40,311 bases of DNA. Source: an uncultured Butyricicoccus sp. Its GTDB lineage: Bacteria > Bacillota > Clostridia > Oscillospirales > Butyricicoccaceae. Of this stretch, positions 28,366 to 37,216 are shown in pieces (within the stretch, counting starts at the first letter, position 1; each line of letters opens with the position of its first letter). A program made the position numbers and the translations under genes. Location of the stretch: the NCBI GenBank assembly GCA_947575935.1, contig CANPPM010000001.1, forward strand, positions 1 to 40,311, in the 5' to 3' direction. The notes under the pieces are model-generated. The model was not told the origin of the DNA. It worked only from the letters and a program-made list of their open reading frames with translations, and did no database searches.

Positions 28366-29616
28366 TTAGCGGGGGGGAGAGGGCTGCGGCGCGTCGGGCG
28401 GGGGCGGGAGGGCGGCGGTGAAAGCCGTGCCGCGGCCGGGCGTGCTTTCCGCCGAGAGCAGGCCGCCCTGCCCCTCGATGACTGCACGGGCCAGCGGAAG
28501 CCCGAGCCCGACGCCCTGCGTGGTTGCGGCGGATGCGCTGCGGTAGAACCGTTTAAAAATATGGTGCAGGTCTTCCGCTGCGATACCCTCGCCGGTGTCT
28601 GCGACCGTGATCCGGCACATTGCAGGCGTTTGCTCCCAACGCACGGTGATCTCGCCGCCGCGGGCGGTGTGGTCAATCGCATTTTGAATTAGGTTGCAAA
28701 GCGCCTCTGCCGTCCAATCCGGATCGCAGTATAAGAGGGCGGACGGGTTACCGGACAGGGTGAGCCGCTTCCCTTCACGCATGGCGCGGGTCTGCAGTTC
28801 CGCAGAGGCGCGGGCGGCCAGTGCGGCGGCCTGCAGGGTTTGGCGGTGAAAGGGGACGTTGCCTGCATCCAACTGGGCGAGTCGGAGCAGCGTGCTGGTC
28901 AAACGTTCCATACGCGCAAGCGATACGAGTGATTTTTCGGTGAAGGCGCAGACGGTATCGGTATGGTCCGGCTCGGCGGCAATAATCTCTGCATACATAT
29001 GAAGCGCTGCGAGCGGGGTCTTCAGTTGGTGGGAGATATCAGAGATCGTCTGCTGCAGAAACGTTTTTGCGCGTTGTTCCGCATCAATCCCGGCCTGCAG
29101 TGCGGTAGAGAGCTGATCGACGGCGGCAAACAGCTGGGAAAGCGCACCGGGCTGCGCGCGCGGCAGGCGGCGGCTGAAATCGCCGTGTGCAAAGCGTGTG
29201 ATGCAGGCGGCCGCATCACGGTACAGCCGGTCCTGGCTGGACAAAAACCGGCAGGCTGCAGCCAGCTGCAGCAGGGCAGGCAGGGACGCGCCCAGCAGTG
29301 CGGCCGGGAGGAAGGCGGCGGCGCGGCGGCACACCGGTTCCAACAGCCAGAAGGGGGCGTCTCTGCCCAGCTGCAGCAGCAAAGCGTCGGCCTGATCCGA
29401 GGTCTGGGTATAGGCCAACAGCTGCGCGGCGTCGGCTGGCGGCACGCCCTGCTCCAGCAGGGCGGCGGCCAGGGTGCGCTCGCGTGCAAAAAGTACGGCG
29501 TGCAAGCCGTGCGCATAGAAAACGGCCAGCAGGACGGCTAACAGCAGTGCGGCGGCGCAGAGCGCCGCACCCGCCGTGAAAAAACGCCGTGCGTTCTGAT
29601 CCTGTACAAAGCTCAT
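28366..29616 (-). CDS. Sensor histidine kinase (HAMP-HisKA-HATPase)
   Basis: ISDISHQLKTPL H-box, NLIQNAIDH, VADTGEGI, IFKRFYR, GVGLGL; two N-terminal TM segments. Confidence 0.92.
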   Translation of the reverse strand: MSFVQDQNARRFFTAGAALCAAALLLAVLLAVFYAHGLHAVLFARERTLAAALLEQGVPPADAAQLLAYTQTSDQADALLLQLGRDAPFWLLEPVCRRAAAFLPAALLGASLPALLQLAAACRFLSSQDRLYRDAAACITRFAHGDFSRRLPRAQPGALSQLFAAVDQLSTALQAGIDAEQRAKTFLQQTISDISHQLKTPLAALHMYAEIIAAEPDHTDTVCAFTEKSLVSLARMERLTSTLLRLAQLDAGNVPFHRQTLQAAALAARASAELQTRAMREGKRLTLSGNPSALLYCDPDWTAEALCNLIQNAIDHTARGGEITVRWEQTPAMCRITVADTGEGIAAEDLHHIFKRFYRSASAATTQGVGLGLPLARAVIEGQGGLLSAESTPGRGTAFTAALPPPPDAPQPSPPR

Positions 29617-30293
29617 GGCTGCTCTCCCTTCCAACGGTAGCCCAGGCCACGCACAGTCAACAGACGCGCAGGGCGGGAAGGATCATCCTCGACTTTTTCC
29701 CGAAGGCGGCGGATGTAGACGGACAGGGTATTATCGTCGACGAAGCTGCCCTGCCCATCCCAAAGCGCGTCTAGGATGGCGGTACGGGACAGTGTTTTGC
29801 CGCAATTTTCCATCAAAAGGCAGAGCAGCCGGTATTCGGCGGCGGTCAGGTCGAGCGTCCTGCCGTTCCAAACGGCGCGCCCGGCAAGCCGGTCGACTGT
29901 GAGCGTGCCGGAGCGGAGCAGCCTGCCGTCTGAGGTACGGCGTAGCCGTGCACGGATGCGCGAACAGAGTTCGCCCAGACGGAAGGGTTTGGTAATATAA
30001 TCGTCCGCGCCGAGGTCGAGCCCGTGGATGATGTGGGTCTCTTCGCCGGAAGCGGTTAGGAAGATAATCGGGACCGGATCGGAAGCGGCGCGCACCGACT
30101 CGCAGAGGGAAAAGCCTGAGCCGTCGGGCAGCGTGACATCGAGCAGCAGCAGGTCGTAGCGTTGTTTGTGCAGGCAGGCGCGCGCTTCGGCCAGTGAACG
30201 GGCGATATCGACCGAAAATCCGTTTTTGGGCAGGGCATAGGCAAGGCCGTCGATTAGGCCTGCGTCGTCCTCCAGCAGCAGCAGATGGGGCAT
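29613..30293 (-). CDS. OmpR-family response regulator
   Basis: LLLEDD, LLLLDVTLPDGSG, GADDYITKPF, VDDNTLSVYIRRLREKVE, TVRGLGY; ATGA overlap with the kinase. Confidence 0.93.
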   Translation of the reverse strand: MPHLLLLEDDAGLIDGLAYALPKNGFSVDIARSLAEARACLHKQRYDLLLLDVTLPDGSGFSLCESVRAASDPVPIIFLTASGEETHIIHGLDLGADDYITKPFRLGELCSRIRARLRRTSDGRLLRSGTLTVDRLAGRAVWNGRTLDLTAAEYRLLCLLMENCGKTLSRTAILDALWDGQGSFVDDNTLSVYIRRLREKVEDDPSRPARLLTVRGLGYRWKGEQP

Positions 30294-30360
30294 GGTGGAA
30301 ATCTCCTTTCGGTTTGGCAGCGTCGTGCAGATTGCGGCAGGAAGGGGGATCAATGGTAGT

Positions 30361-30406
30361 ATTATACCACGGTTTTTGCGTTCTGTGTGTCTTACAAATT
30401 TGTAAG
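30361..30406 (-). promoter_or_regulatory. Second copy of the RR box upstream of the response regulator
   Basis: CTTACA-AATT-TGTAAG at 30391-30406; TGgTATAAT -10 at 30366-30361. Confidence 0.7.
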
Positions 30407-30563
30407 GACTGGCCGCAGAAGCGGCGGCTGGCGGGGACTGTGTTCCATGCGGCAGGGAGGCCGGACGCTTGGAACAGGCGTGAACCGTGCCGGGTGGCCT
30501 GCGCCGCAGCGGATCCCGCGAAAAGGGATCCGAATTTACAGCGGAACCGCGGGGGAGAGAGGC

Positions 30564-30592
30564 TTGACATCGCCGCGCGCCGCCGATAGAAT
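30564..30592 (+). promoter_or_regulatory. SigA promoter for DUF1294-pyrC
   Basis: TTGACA-N17-TAGAAT. Confidence 0.65.
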
Positions 30593-30681
30593 AGAAGAAA
30601 AGGGCGGATGCGACGGCGCGCGGCCCGGGCTGCGGCAGCCTGACCGGTTTGCTGTGTGCAACAAGAGCAGGGGGATATGAC

Positions 30682-30975
30682 ATGAAATTGATTTTACTGT
30701 ATTTGGCCGCGGTCAATTTGGCGGGGATGTTGGCTGTTTTTTGGGATAAGCGGCGGGCCAGGCGGGAGGAGTGGCGCATCCGGGAGCGCACCCTGTTTCT
30801 GCTTGCCGCGTTTGGCGGTACGCCCGGCGTATACGGCGCCATGAGGCTGTGCCGGCACAAAACCCGGCACAAGCGATTTATGTGGGGCCTTCCCCTGCTC
30901 TTTTTTACGCAGGTTGCGGTATTGGGATATGGGGCATACTATTGGTATACACATTTTGGGTTTCCGGTGCGGTAG
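30682..30975 (+). CDS. DUF1294 family membrane protein
   Basis: WDKRRA....WRIRERTLFLLAAFGG..G...AM...RHKT.H..F. Confidence 0.88.
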   Translation: MKLILLYLAAVNLAGMLAVFWDKRRARREEWRIRERTLFLLAAFGGTPGVYGAMRLCRHKTRHKRFMWGLPLLFFTQVAVLGYGAYYWYTHFGFPVR

Positions 30976-31047
30976 GGCGGTTTGCCTCCCGTCGCGCGCA
31001 TTCTTGGGCCGTGTGGGCCCCGTAACTGAGAGAAGGAGGAAGGAACC

Positions 31048-32346
31048 ATGCTTTTGCTGAAAAACGGGCGTATTCTCGACCCATATACTGGATTGGATGA
31101 TGTGCTTGATATTTTGATTGGACAGGAGGGGGAAATCTGCCGGATCGGAAAGCAGATCAGTACGCCCGAGGCTGAGACCGTCGACTTATCCGGGCTGACG
31201 GTGGCGCCCGGTTTCGTGGATACGCATGTGCATTTCCGGGATCCCGGGCAGACCGAAAAAGAGGATTTGTTCAGCGGCGCGCGGGCGGCGGCGGCAGGCG
31301 GATTTACAACGGTCGTCTGTATGGCGAATACCGTTCCGGCGTGTGACAGTGTGGAAACGCTTTCTGCCATTTCTGCACGCGCCGCGCAGGTTCAGAATGT
31401 CCGTATCCTGCAGGCGTGTGCGGTAACCAAAGGGCTGCGGGGAAGGGAGCTCACTGATTTTCAGGCCCTTCGGCGCGCGGGGGCGGCGGGGTTTACCGAT
31501 GACGGCATCAACCTGACCGACCCAGGGCTGGCCCGCCGGGCGATGGAACAGGCGGTGCGGTGCGGCGTACTGCTCTCGTTCCATGAGGAGGATCCCGCGT
31601 TGCTGGGTTCGCCCGGGGTGAATGCGGGCTCGGCTGCGGCGCGGCAGCTTGGGGTCCCCGGCGCGGATCCGCGTTCGGAAGAGGCTATGGTCGAGCGGGA
31701 TTTGGCGCTTGCGCAGCAGACCGGCGCGCGCGTAGTATTCCAGCATATTTCGTCGGCGCGTTCGGTTGCGCTGATCCGGCGGGCCAAGGCGGCCGGTGCG
31801 GCTGTCTTCTGTGAGGCAACCCCGCACCATCTCAGCCTGACCGAAGATGCGGTGCTTACGTATGGCGCCAATGCGCGGATGAATCCGCCGCTGCGAACCG
31901 AGTGCGACCGGCAGGCCATTGTGGACGGCCTGGCCGACGGGACGATCGACCTGATCGCTACCGACCATGCCCCGCATACGGCTGCCGAGAAGGCGCGTGC
32001 GTGGAGCCAGGCGCCTTCCGGGATTATCGGGTTAGAAACGGCGTTTTCCGTCGGCAATACCTGGCTGGTGCAGACCGGGAAGCTGACAAGGATGCAGCTG
32101 CTGGAGAAGATGAGCCGCAACCCGGCGGCGATCTATGGGCTGCAGGATAAGGGCGTTGCTGTGGGACATCATGCGGAGTTGGTGCTGCTCGATTGGGAGC
32201 GGCGGGTTGTATATCAGACCTTTCGCTCGAAGGCTGTCAACTCCCCCTATATCGGGATGCCGTTGACTGGTACGGTTTATGGCACGGTATTTGGCAGCCG
32301 CATTACCAGAAATGGCGGGACGGAGGAGGCCGGCGCTTTGCGTTAA
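31048..32346 (+). CDS. pyrC: Dihydroorotase
   Basis: PGFVDTHVHFRDPG, AAAGGFTTVVCMANT, EATPHH, MNPPLR, IATDHAPH, GIIGLETA. Confidence 0.93.
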   Translation: MLLLKNGRILDPYTGLDDVLDILIGQEGEICRIGKQISTPEAETVDLSGLTVAPGFVDTHVHFRDPGQTEKEDLFSGARAAAAGGFTTVVCMANTVPACDSVETLSAISARAAQVQNVRILQACAVTKGLRGRELTDFQALRRAGAAGFTDDGINLTDPGLARRAMEQAVRCGVLLSFHEEDPALLGSPGVNAGSAAARQLGVPGADPRSEEAMVERDLALAQQTGARVVFQHISSARSVALIRRAKAAGAAVFCEATPHHLSLTEDAVLTYGANARMNPPLRTECDRQAIVDGLADGTIDLIATDHAPHTAAEKARAWSQAPSGIIGLETAFSVGNTWLVQTGKLTRMQLLEKMSRNPAAIYGLQDKGVAVGHHAELVLLDWERRVVYQTFRSKAVNSPYIGMPLTGTVYGTVFGSRITRNGGTEEAGALR

Positions 32347-32455
32347 TATGGCAGGGCGGAACCTGGGCAGGCTGTGGGCCTGCAGCCGGAAGGAAGCGTC
32401 CGTATGTGCCGGCTGCGCAGGGCGGGGCTTTCCAGGAGACGTGACGAGGAAACAG

Positions 32456-32493
32456 AAAAATACCCGTTCAGACGTGTCTGGACGGGTATTTTT
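32456..32493. terminator. Bidirectional intrinsic terminator between pyrC and the cotH-like gene
   Basis: AAAAATACCCGTTCAGAC-GT-GTCTGGACGGGTATTTTT. Confidence 0.8.
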
Positions 32494-32572
32494 AGAGGAC
32501 AAAGGAAGGTGCTGGCAGTGCAGCGGCTGGACGGGGAGGCGGCAGACCGGCATTCTTTGGGATGCCCGGGGG

Positions 32573-34489
32573 CTATCGCCTGAATTTGGCTGCAAACAGC
32601 AAGCCTGCGAGCAAAACGGCGGACGAAATGGCCAGCCAGAGCCACGCATTCCCTTGCCCTGCTGTCTGGCGGATTTCCTGAGGGGTGGGGCTACCAACCT
32701 TCGTAGGGATGCCGTTCTCAGAGTTTGCCTCCGCCCAATCCGGCCGTTCGGCGGCAGTTTCAGAGTTTGTCGCCGCCCAATCCGGCCGTTTGGCGGCAGT
32801 TTCGGCGTTTACCGCCGCCCAATCCGGCTGTTCGGCGGCAGTTTCGGCGTTTACCGCCGCCCAATCCGGCCGTTCGGCGGCAGTTTCAGAGTTTACCGCC
32901 GCCCAATCCGGCCGTTTGGCGGTATTTTTCGGATTTTGTCCGTTGCCTCCTCCGCCGCGATGCATGGAACCCATATCGGAAAGCTGGATGTCAGAGGCGT
33001 CAATCAGCGCAGAACCGTTCTCCTGCTGTCCCTCAGAGGTAGAGGGGATGGAGCCATCCAGCTGGCCACGGATGCTGTCCAGGCGGAGCCGGCAGAATTC
33101 GAGCAGTGTGCCGACGCCGGTTTGGAATTCCTCCAACGTGCAGAACTTTGTCGGGTCTGTTTCGATGTAGGGGGTAATTTGTTCGGCGGTGCGGCTGATC
33201 CGGTCGGAGAGTCCGCCGCTGCCCTCGGCAGCGAGAAGGAATGTTTCATAGCACGCATGATAACGCGTGAGATATGCCTCGTCCGAGAAGATCCATGCAG
33301 CCATGGGGCGGTCATCCAGCGAGCCGGTGACCGGAGAATCAATGGGGCTGTTGACGGCGGCAGAGGCATCGGAGCCGCCGAAACCGCCGAACGATAGGTT
33401 ATAGTCCCAAGGTAGCATGGAAAGCTGACCGTCTTTTTCATAGAGGTAATAGTTGTGTACCATCGCACCGGTATAACTGTCGTCGTTACAGAGGAAGTTA
33501 TGCACGACAAGATAACGGATGACTTCATCGGTATCTACGGTGTTTTCCAGATCTGTTCCTTCCCCCAGTTTTTTCAGCGAGGCAATCAGGCGCGCTTGCC
33601 CAGCGGATGTGACCTCGGTCTTTGCATTGTCAAAAATATTGGGATAACTGTCCGGGTCGTCGTCAATGTACTGTAGCTTGACATCGCTGCTGCCCATTCC
33701 GCCGAAGCCGTCAGGCGGGCCGTCCCGCTGTCCGCGTTCTCCGGCTTCTCTGCCGTTGGAGAAAGAAAGAGCAAAGGGGACGCCGGACATTTCGTCCGGC
33801 ATTTCTGCGGCGGGGTCGTCTCCAAACCCGCCGTCCGGCATCTTTTCCCGGGGGCCGCCTCCAAACCCGCCGCCGAAATCCATGCTGTCCGGCTTGTAAA
33901 GGCTGCCGTGGTCCTTCCCATAGACCCGGGTTAGGAAAGCGTCTTCGATCGCTTCCACCGCGAGGTATAGCCCCCAGTCCTCCCCGTTGACCGTGAGATA
34001 GACATAACTGCACAGGGGGGAGGGGACGCCCGCCTCGCGCATCAGGGTATAGGCAAGGTAATCCTTCATACAGGTGTTGTCCTGGATCAGGTTGTTTAGA
34101 CATAGTTTATCCAAACCGTAATAGGTATTTCCGGCCTCATAGTGGTCGAATTCGATTTTGAAGCTATAGCGGTCGTTGCCGTAGGCGCTTACCATGCTCA
34201 GCGAGGTATTGCCTTTTGCACGGATCGCCACGTTTTTGCAGGCGTCGTTATCGATTATGACCGAACAGGATTGATACGCTTCGTTCTCGCAGGTTTCAAG
34301 GAAGTCGTCCCAGTCGTCCATTACGATATCAATGGTGTGTACGCGCGAGGTGTCAAACAGACGGGTTTCATAGCCGTATGCGACGCCTCCGGTATCGAAA
34401 TGTGCCGCGCTGCAGAAAAGAATAGCTGTCAGCAGGGCAAGGGCAAGGGCCGCACAGCAGATCCGGTCGATCGAGCGGTGTGTTGCCAT
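32573..34489 (-). CDS. CotH-family kinase with N- and C-terminal membrane segments
   Basis: IRAKGNTS, YSFKIEFD, GLDKLCLNN..QD, WGLYLAVE, HNYYLYE, LPWDYNLSFG; hydrophobic ends; Gly/Met/Pro-rich inserts. Confidence 0.88.
   Translation of the reverse strand: MATHRSIDRICCAALALALLTAILFCSAAHFDTGGVAYGYETRLFDTSRVHTIDIVMDDWDDFLETCENEAYQSCSVIIDNDACKNVAIRAKGNTSLSMVSAYGNDRYSFKIEFDHYEAGNTYYGLDKLCLNNLIQDNTCMKDYLAYTLMREAGVPSPLCSYVYLTVNGEDWGLYLAVEAIEDAFLTRVYGKDHGSLYKPDSMDFGGGFGGGPREKMPDGGFGDDPAAEMPDEMSGVPFALSFSNGREAGERGQRDGPPDGFGGMGSSDVKLQYIDDDPDSYPNIFDNAKTEVTSAGQARLIASLKKLGEGTDLENTVDTDEVIRYLVVHNFLCNDDSYTGAMVHNYYLYEKDGQLSMLPWDYNLSFGGFGGSDASAAVNSPIDSPVTGSLDDRPMAAWIFSDEAYLTRYHACYETFLLAAEGSGGLSDRISRTAEQITPYIETDPTKFCTLEEFQTGVGTLLEFCRLRLDSIRGQLDGSIPSTSEGQQENGSALIDASDIQLSDMGSMHRGGGGNGQNPKNTAKRPDWAAVNSETAAERPDWAAVNAETAAEQPDWAAVNAETAAKRPDWAATNSETAAERPDWAEANSENGIPTKVGSPTPQEIRQTAGQGNAWLWLAISSAVLLAGLLFAAKFRR
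32718..32922 (-). repeat. ~5 x 42-nt in-frame tandem repeat (14 aa, ETAAERPDWAAVNS)
   Basis: Units begin at 32718, 32760, 32802, 32844 and 32886 with core CCGCCCAATCCGGC; no spacers. Confidence 0.92.
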
Positions 34490-34505
34490 AGTGTATGGTC
34501 CCCCC

Positions 34506-35177
34506 TCAGCCCATGTATTCGCCGCTGTAGCTGACCAGGACGGCGCTGTCGATGCCGTCCATACCGGCGAGGTCGTTGATGAAATCGGTGTTGTCGCTCT
34601 TTAGCTGGATTTCAAGGTTTAGTTCAACCCGGCCCTGCTGGGCTGTTTTGCTTTTGAGGACGCAGCGGTCTGTGTGGCAGTTCAGGAATTCACGCGCTGC
34701 CCGCTCACTGTCATGGCCGTCGCAGGTCAGTACGACGATATAAGGATTGAAATGGGATTTCCGGTTGACGAAAATCAGCAAGAAAATACCGATGGCTACG
34801 CTGCCGGCTACTGCCAGGGGAATCATCCCTGCGGCTAGAACGATGCCGGCTGCGATGGACCAAAACAGGAAAGCGATGTCCAGCGGCTCCTTAATGGCCG
34901 TACGGAAGCGGACGATAGACAGCGCGCCGACCATGCCAAGGGAAAGTACGACGTTGGAGGTGACGGCAAGGATCACAACGGTGGTGATCATGGTCAGCGC
35001 GACCAGGGTGACGCCAAAGCTGGAAGAGAACATCACACCCGAAAAAGTTTTTTGATATACCAGGAAAATGAACATGCCCAGTCCGAAGGACAGCAATAGG
35101 GCAACGGCCATGTCCAGCAGGCTCACGCCGGTGATGTTTTCGAGGAAGTTGGATCGAAATATGTCGTTGAAGGTCAT
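34506..35177 (-). CDS. DUF4956 membrane protein
   Basis: SNVVLSLGMVGALSIVRFRTAIKEPLDIAFLFWSIAAGI, multiple TM segments, soluble C-terminal domain. Confidence 0.88.
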   Translation of the reverse strand: MTFNDIFRSNFLENITGVSLLDMAVALLLSFGLGMFIFLVYQKTFSGVMFSSSFGVTLVALTMITTVVILAVTSNVVLSLGMVGALSIVRFRTAIKEPLDIAFLFWSIAAGIVLAAGMIPLAVAGSVAIGIFLLIFVNRKSHFNPYIVVLTCDGHDSERAAREFLNCHTDRCVLKSKTAQQGRVELNLEIQLKSDNTDFINDLAGMDGIDSAVLVSYSGEYMG

Positions 35178-35451
35178 AACAGTTGGAACTCCTTTGGAAA
35201 TAATATGGATGAAAGCGGTATGGAGCAGGACCTTGCTCGGACCTGCTTAGAACTTGGCAGGATACCGGGCGGGGGCTTTTACTGTGCGTTCTGCAGGAAC
35301 CCTGACGGATTACAGAGGAAGGTCGCCTCGCTTCTGCAAAAATGCATGCCCGAAAGCCGCGTCTGCGGGTCTGCAAACAGACGCTGGAAGGATGCCGGCG
35401 CGGCGGACCGCAGCCCATCACAGGGGAGGGCGGCATAGGGATGCAGGCGTG

Positions 35452-36132
35452 CTACCCGTATACGCGGCAGGCAGCATATTTAGAAAAGGCGGCTGTGCGG
35501 CGGCCGGGAAGCTGAACTGCGTCCCGGATAATGGCGGGCAGGTATTCGTCCCACTTGACTTCTAAAAGGATTGGGTCATCCGGTATAGGGATGGTCACGC
35601 AGGAAGGCTGCAGAAAATCGAGGGGGTTGCGGCTGGTACGGATGTGATAATCCAGGGTAACCCGGACATTGCCCGGCGCAAAGATAAAGGGCTCACGGGT
35701 GTAGTCGACGATTGTGCGTGGACGCAGCCCTTGGGAGCGCAGCTTGCTGTAAAGCTCGACGGCCAGCGGGCGTCCGCTGCGCGGCATCCAGTCAAGATCG
35801 CCGGAGAGCAGCGCCTGGACTTCTTCGGCGGAGAGCGGGGCGCTTGCCTTGACGCCAAGGCCGTTGCGCCTGCACTTTTTTTCCAGATGGATCAGGCTGG
35901 TGTCGCCGTTATAGTAGCGGATCCGGAATTTTTCGCGGGCGTTTACGCCGTCCAGTTTTTCGCGAAGCGCTTTATCTGATAGGGTGTCAAAGTACAGGCT
36001 GCGAATATGGTAACGGCCCTGCAGCGCGTGCGTGTCCGTATGGGCGACCGCCTGCATCCGGCGCCGGATGGCAAGCAGGTCGCAGAATGTAATCTCGTGT
36101 TTCCATTCATGACGATATTCTGTGATTCTCAC
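35452..36132 (-). CDS. VTC-domain (polyphosphate polymerase, CYTH/TTM fold) protein
   Basis: RHEWKH, YHIRSLYFD, REKFRIRYY, LEKK, VDYTREPF, VRVTLD, LLEVKW, FSKY; GTG start after RBS AAAGGAG. Confidence 0.9.
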   Translation of the reverse strand: MRITEYRHEWKHEITFCDLLAIRRRMQAVAHTDTHALQGRYHIRSLYFDTLSDKALREKLDGVNAREKFRIRYYNGDTSLIHLEKKCRRNGLGVKASAPLSAEEVQALLSGDLDWMPRSGRPLAVELYSKLRSQGLRPRTIVDYTREPFIFAPGNVRVTLDYHIRTSRNPLDFLQPSCVTIPIPDDPILLEVKWDEYLPAIIRDAVQLPGRRTAAFSKYAACRVYG

Positions 36133-36197
36133 AAAGACAGACTCCTTTCGGGGGGCGTTTGAGCGCCAGAGGCCCTGCGGCGGCTGGCTATGGGCCT

Positions 36198-36332
36198 ATT
36201 ATAAGCCGGTAGGCTGAATTGACGCTGAATTTTACGGTGTTGTTTTTGTGAACCCGGCGGATGGGCGTATTTGAGAAATTTAGATTTTTGTCAAAAATTC
36301 AGCTTCCTTTCAGGGACGCCTCGTATTATAAT
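36198..36332. promoter_or_regulatory. Divergent promoters, each with tandem TTCAG direct repeats (11-nt period)
   Basis: Minus: AATTCAGC-gtc-AATTCAG-N10-TATAAT (36231-36198). Plus: AATTCAGC-ttc-CTTTCAG-N10-TATTAT (36296-36329). Confidence 0.72.
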
Positions 36333-36364
36333 ATAAAATAGGCGGGTTTAGGAGGTTGTCGGGA

Positions 36365-37039
36365 ATGCGCATTCTGGTGATCGAGGATGAAAAGCGGCTT
36401 GCCGATTCCCTGCAGATTCTGCTGGAGAGCAGGGGATATACGGTAGAGACTGCGTATGATGGGGAGACTGGCGCGGAATACGTTGGGCTTGGAATCTACG
36501 ATCTGGTGATCTTGGATGTCATGATGCCGGGGATGGACGGCTATGCGCTGGCGCGGCGGATACGCGCCCAGCGCTGTGCGGTTCCCATTCTCATGCTGAC
36601 TGCCAAATCCGGGGTGGATGACCGGGTGGAGGGGCTGACCGCCGGCGCGGATTATTATCTGACCAAGCCCTTTGACACGCGGGAGCTGCTTGCCTGCGTC
36701 GGCGCGCTGCTGCGGCGGCAGGGCGGGCAGGTCGACGTGCTGACCTTTGGCAATACCACCCTGGATCTTGCCGACGGAACGTTGGCGTGCGGCAGCGAGC
36801 GGATCCGCTTGTCCGCGCGTGAGTTCGATGTGATGCGCTTGCTGATGCAGTCCGGTTCACGCAACCTCTCCAAAGAGACGCTGCTCGCCAGGGTGTGGGG
36901 TTACGACTCGAATGCGGTGGAAAACCATGTCGAGGTTTATGTCGGTTTCCTACGGAAGAAGTTGGCCGGCATTGGCTCGAATATCCGCATTGCCGCGATC
37001 CGAAAGCTGGGCTATCATCTGGAGGATTCGAACGGATGA
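36365..37039 (+). CDS. OmpR-family response regulator
   Basis: ILVIEDE, VILDVMMPGMDG, GADYYLTKPF, VEVYVGFLRKKL, IRKLGY; RBS AGGAGG. Confidence 0.94.
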   Translation: MRILVIEDEKRLADSLQILLESRGYTVETAYDGETGAEYVGLGIYDLVILDVMMPGMDGYALARRIRAQRCAVPILMLTAKSGVDDRVEGLTAGADYYLTKPFDTRELLACVGALLRRQGGQVDVLTFGNTTLDLADGTLACGSERIRLSAREFDVMRLLMQSGSRNLSKETLLARVWGYDSNAVENHVEVYVGFLRKKLAGIGSNIRIAAIRKLGYHLEDSNG

Positions 37040-37216
37040 GGGGCCCTCCCCTGGCGTGAGCGCCTTCATGAGCCGGATGCCGGCAGGAGTTTCCTCTTTG
37101 ACCGGGGACTTGTGGCGCCGGCACAGCCCTGCGATACCGCAGGGCTGCGGCGTCTTCCCCGAAATCAGACAGCATGGCCTGCCGGGGCTTTGGGCAGGCA
37201 GCGGAAAGGGATGAAT

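Noticed and set aside
30294-30872. Long N-terminal extensions in the ORF track (RR from 30872; also asparaginase 3510, SDR 15203, porA 19943, DUF134 23434)
   Set aside because: Extensions run through promoters or other genes; RBS-supported starts lie downstream at the domain boundaries
30600-31047. PyrR attenuator upstream of pyrC
   Set aside because: No PyrR-binding loop consensus or U-tailed terminator seen
32718-32922. 42-nt repeats as a possible CRISPR array
   Set aside because: Units are contiguous with no unique spacers, are in-frame within a CDS, and no cas genes are present
32279-33397. 372-aa plus-strand ORF with RRPIRPFGGSF repeats
   Set aside because: Antisense reading of the CotH tandem repeat; crosses a bidirectional terminator
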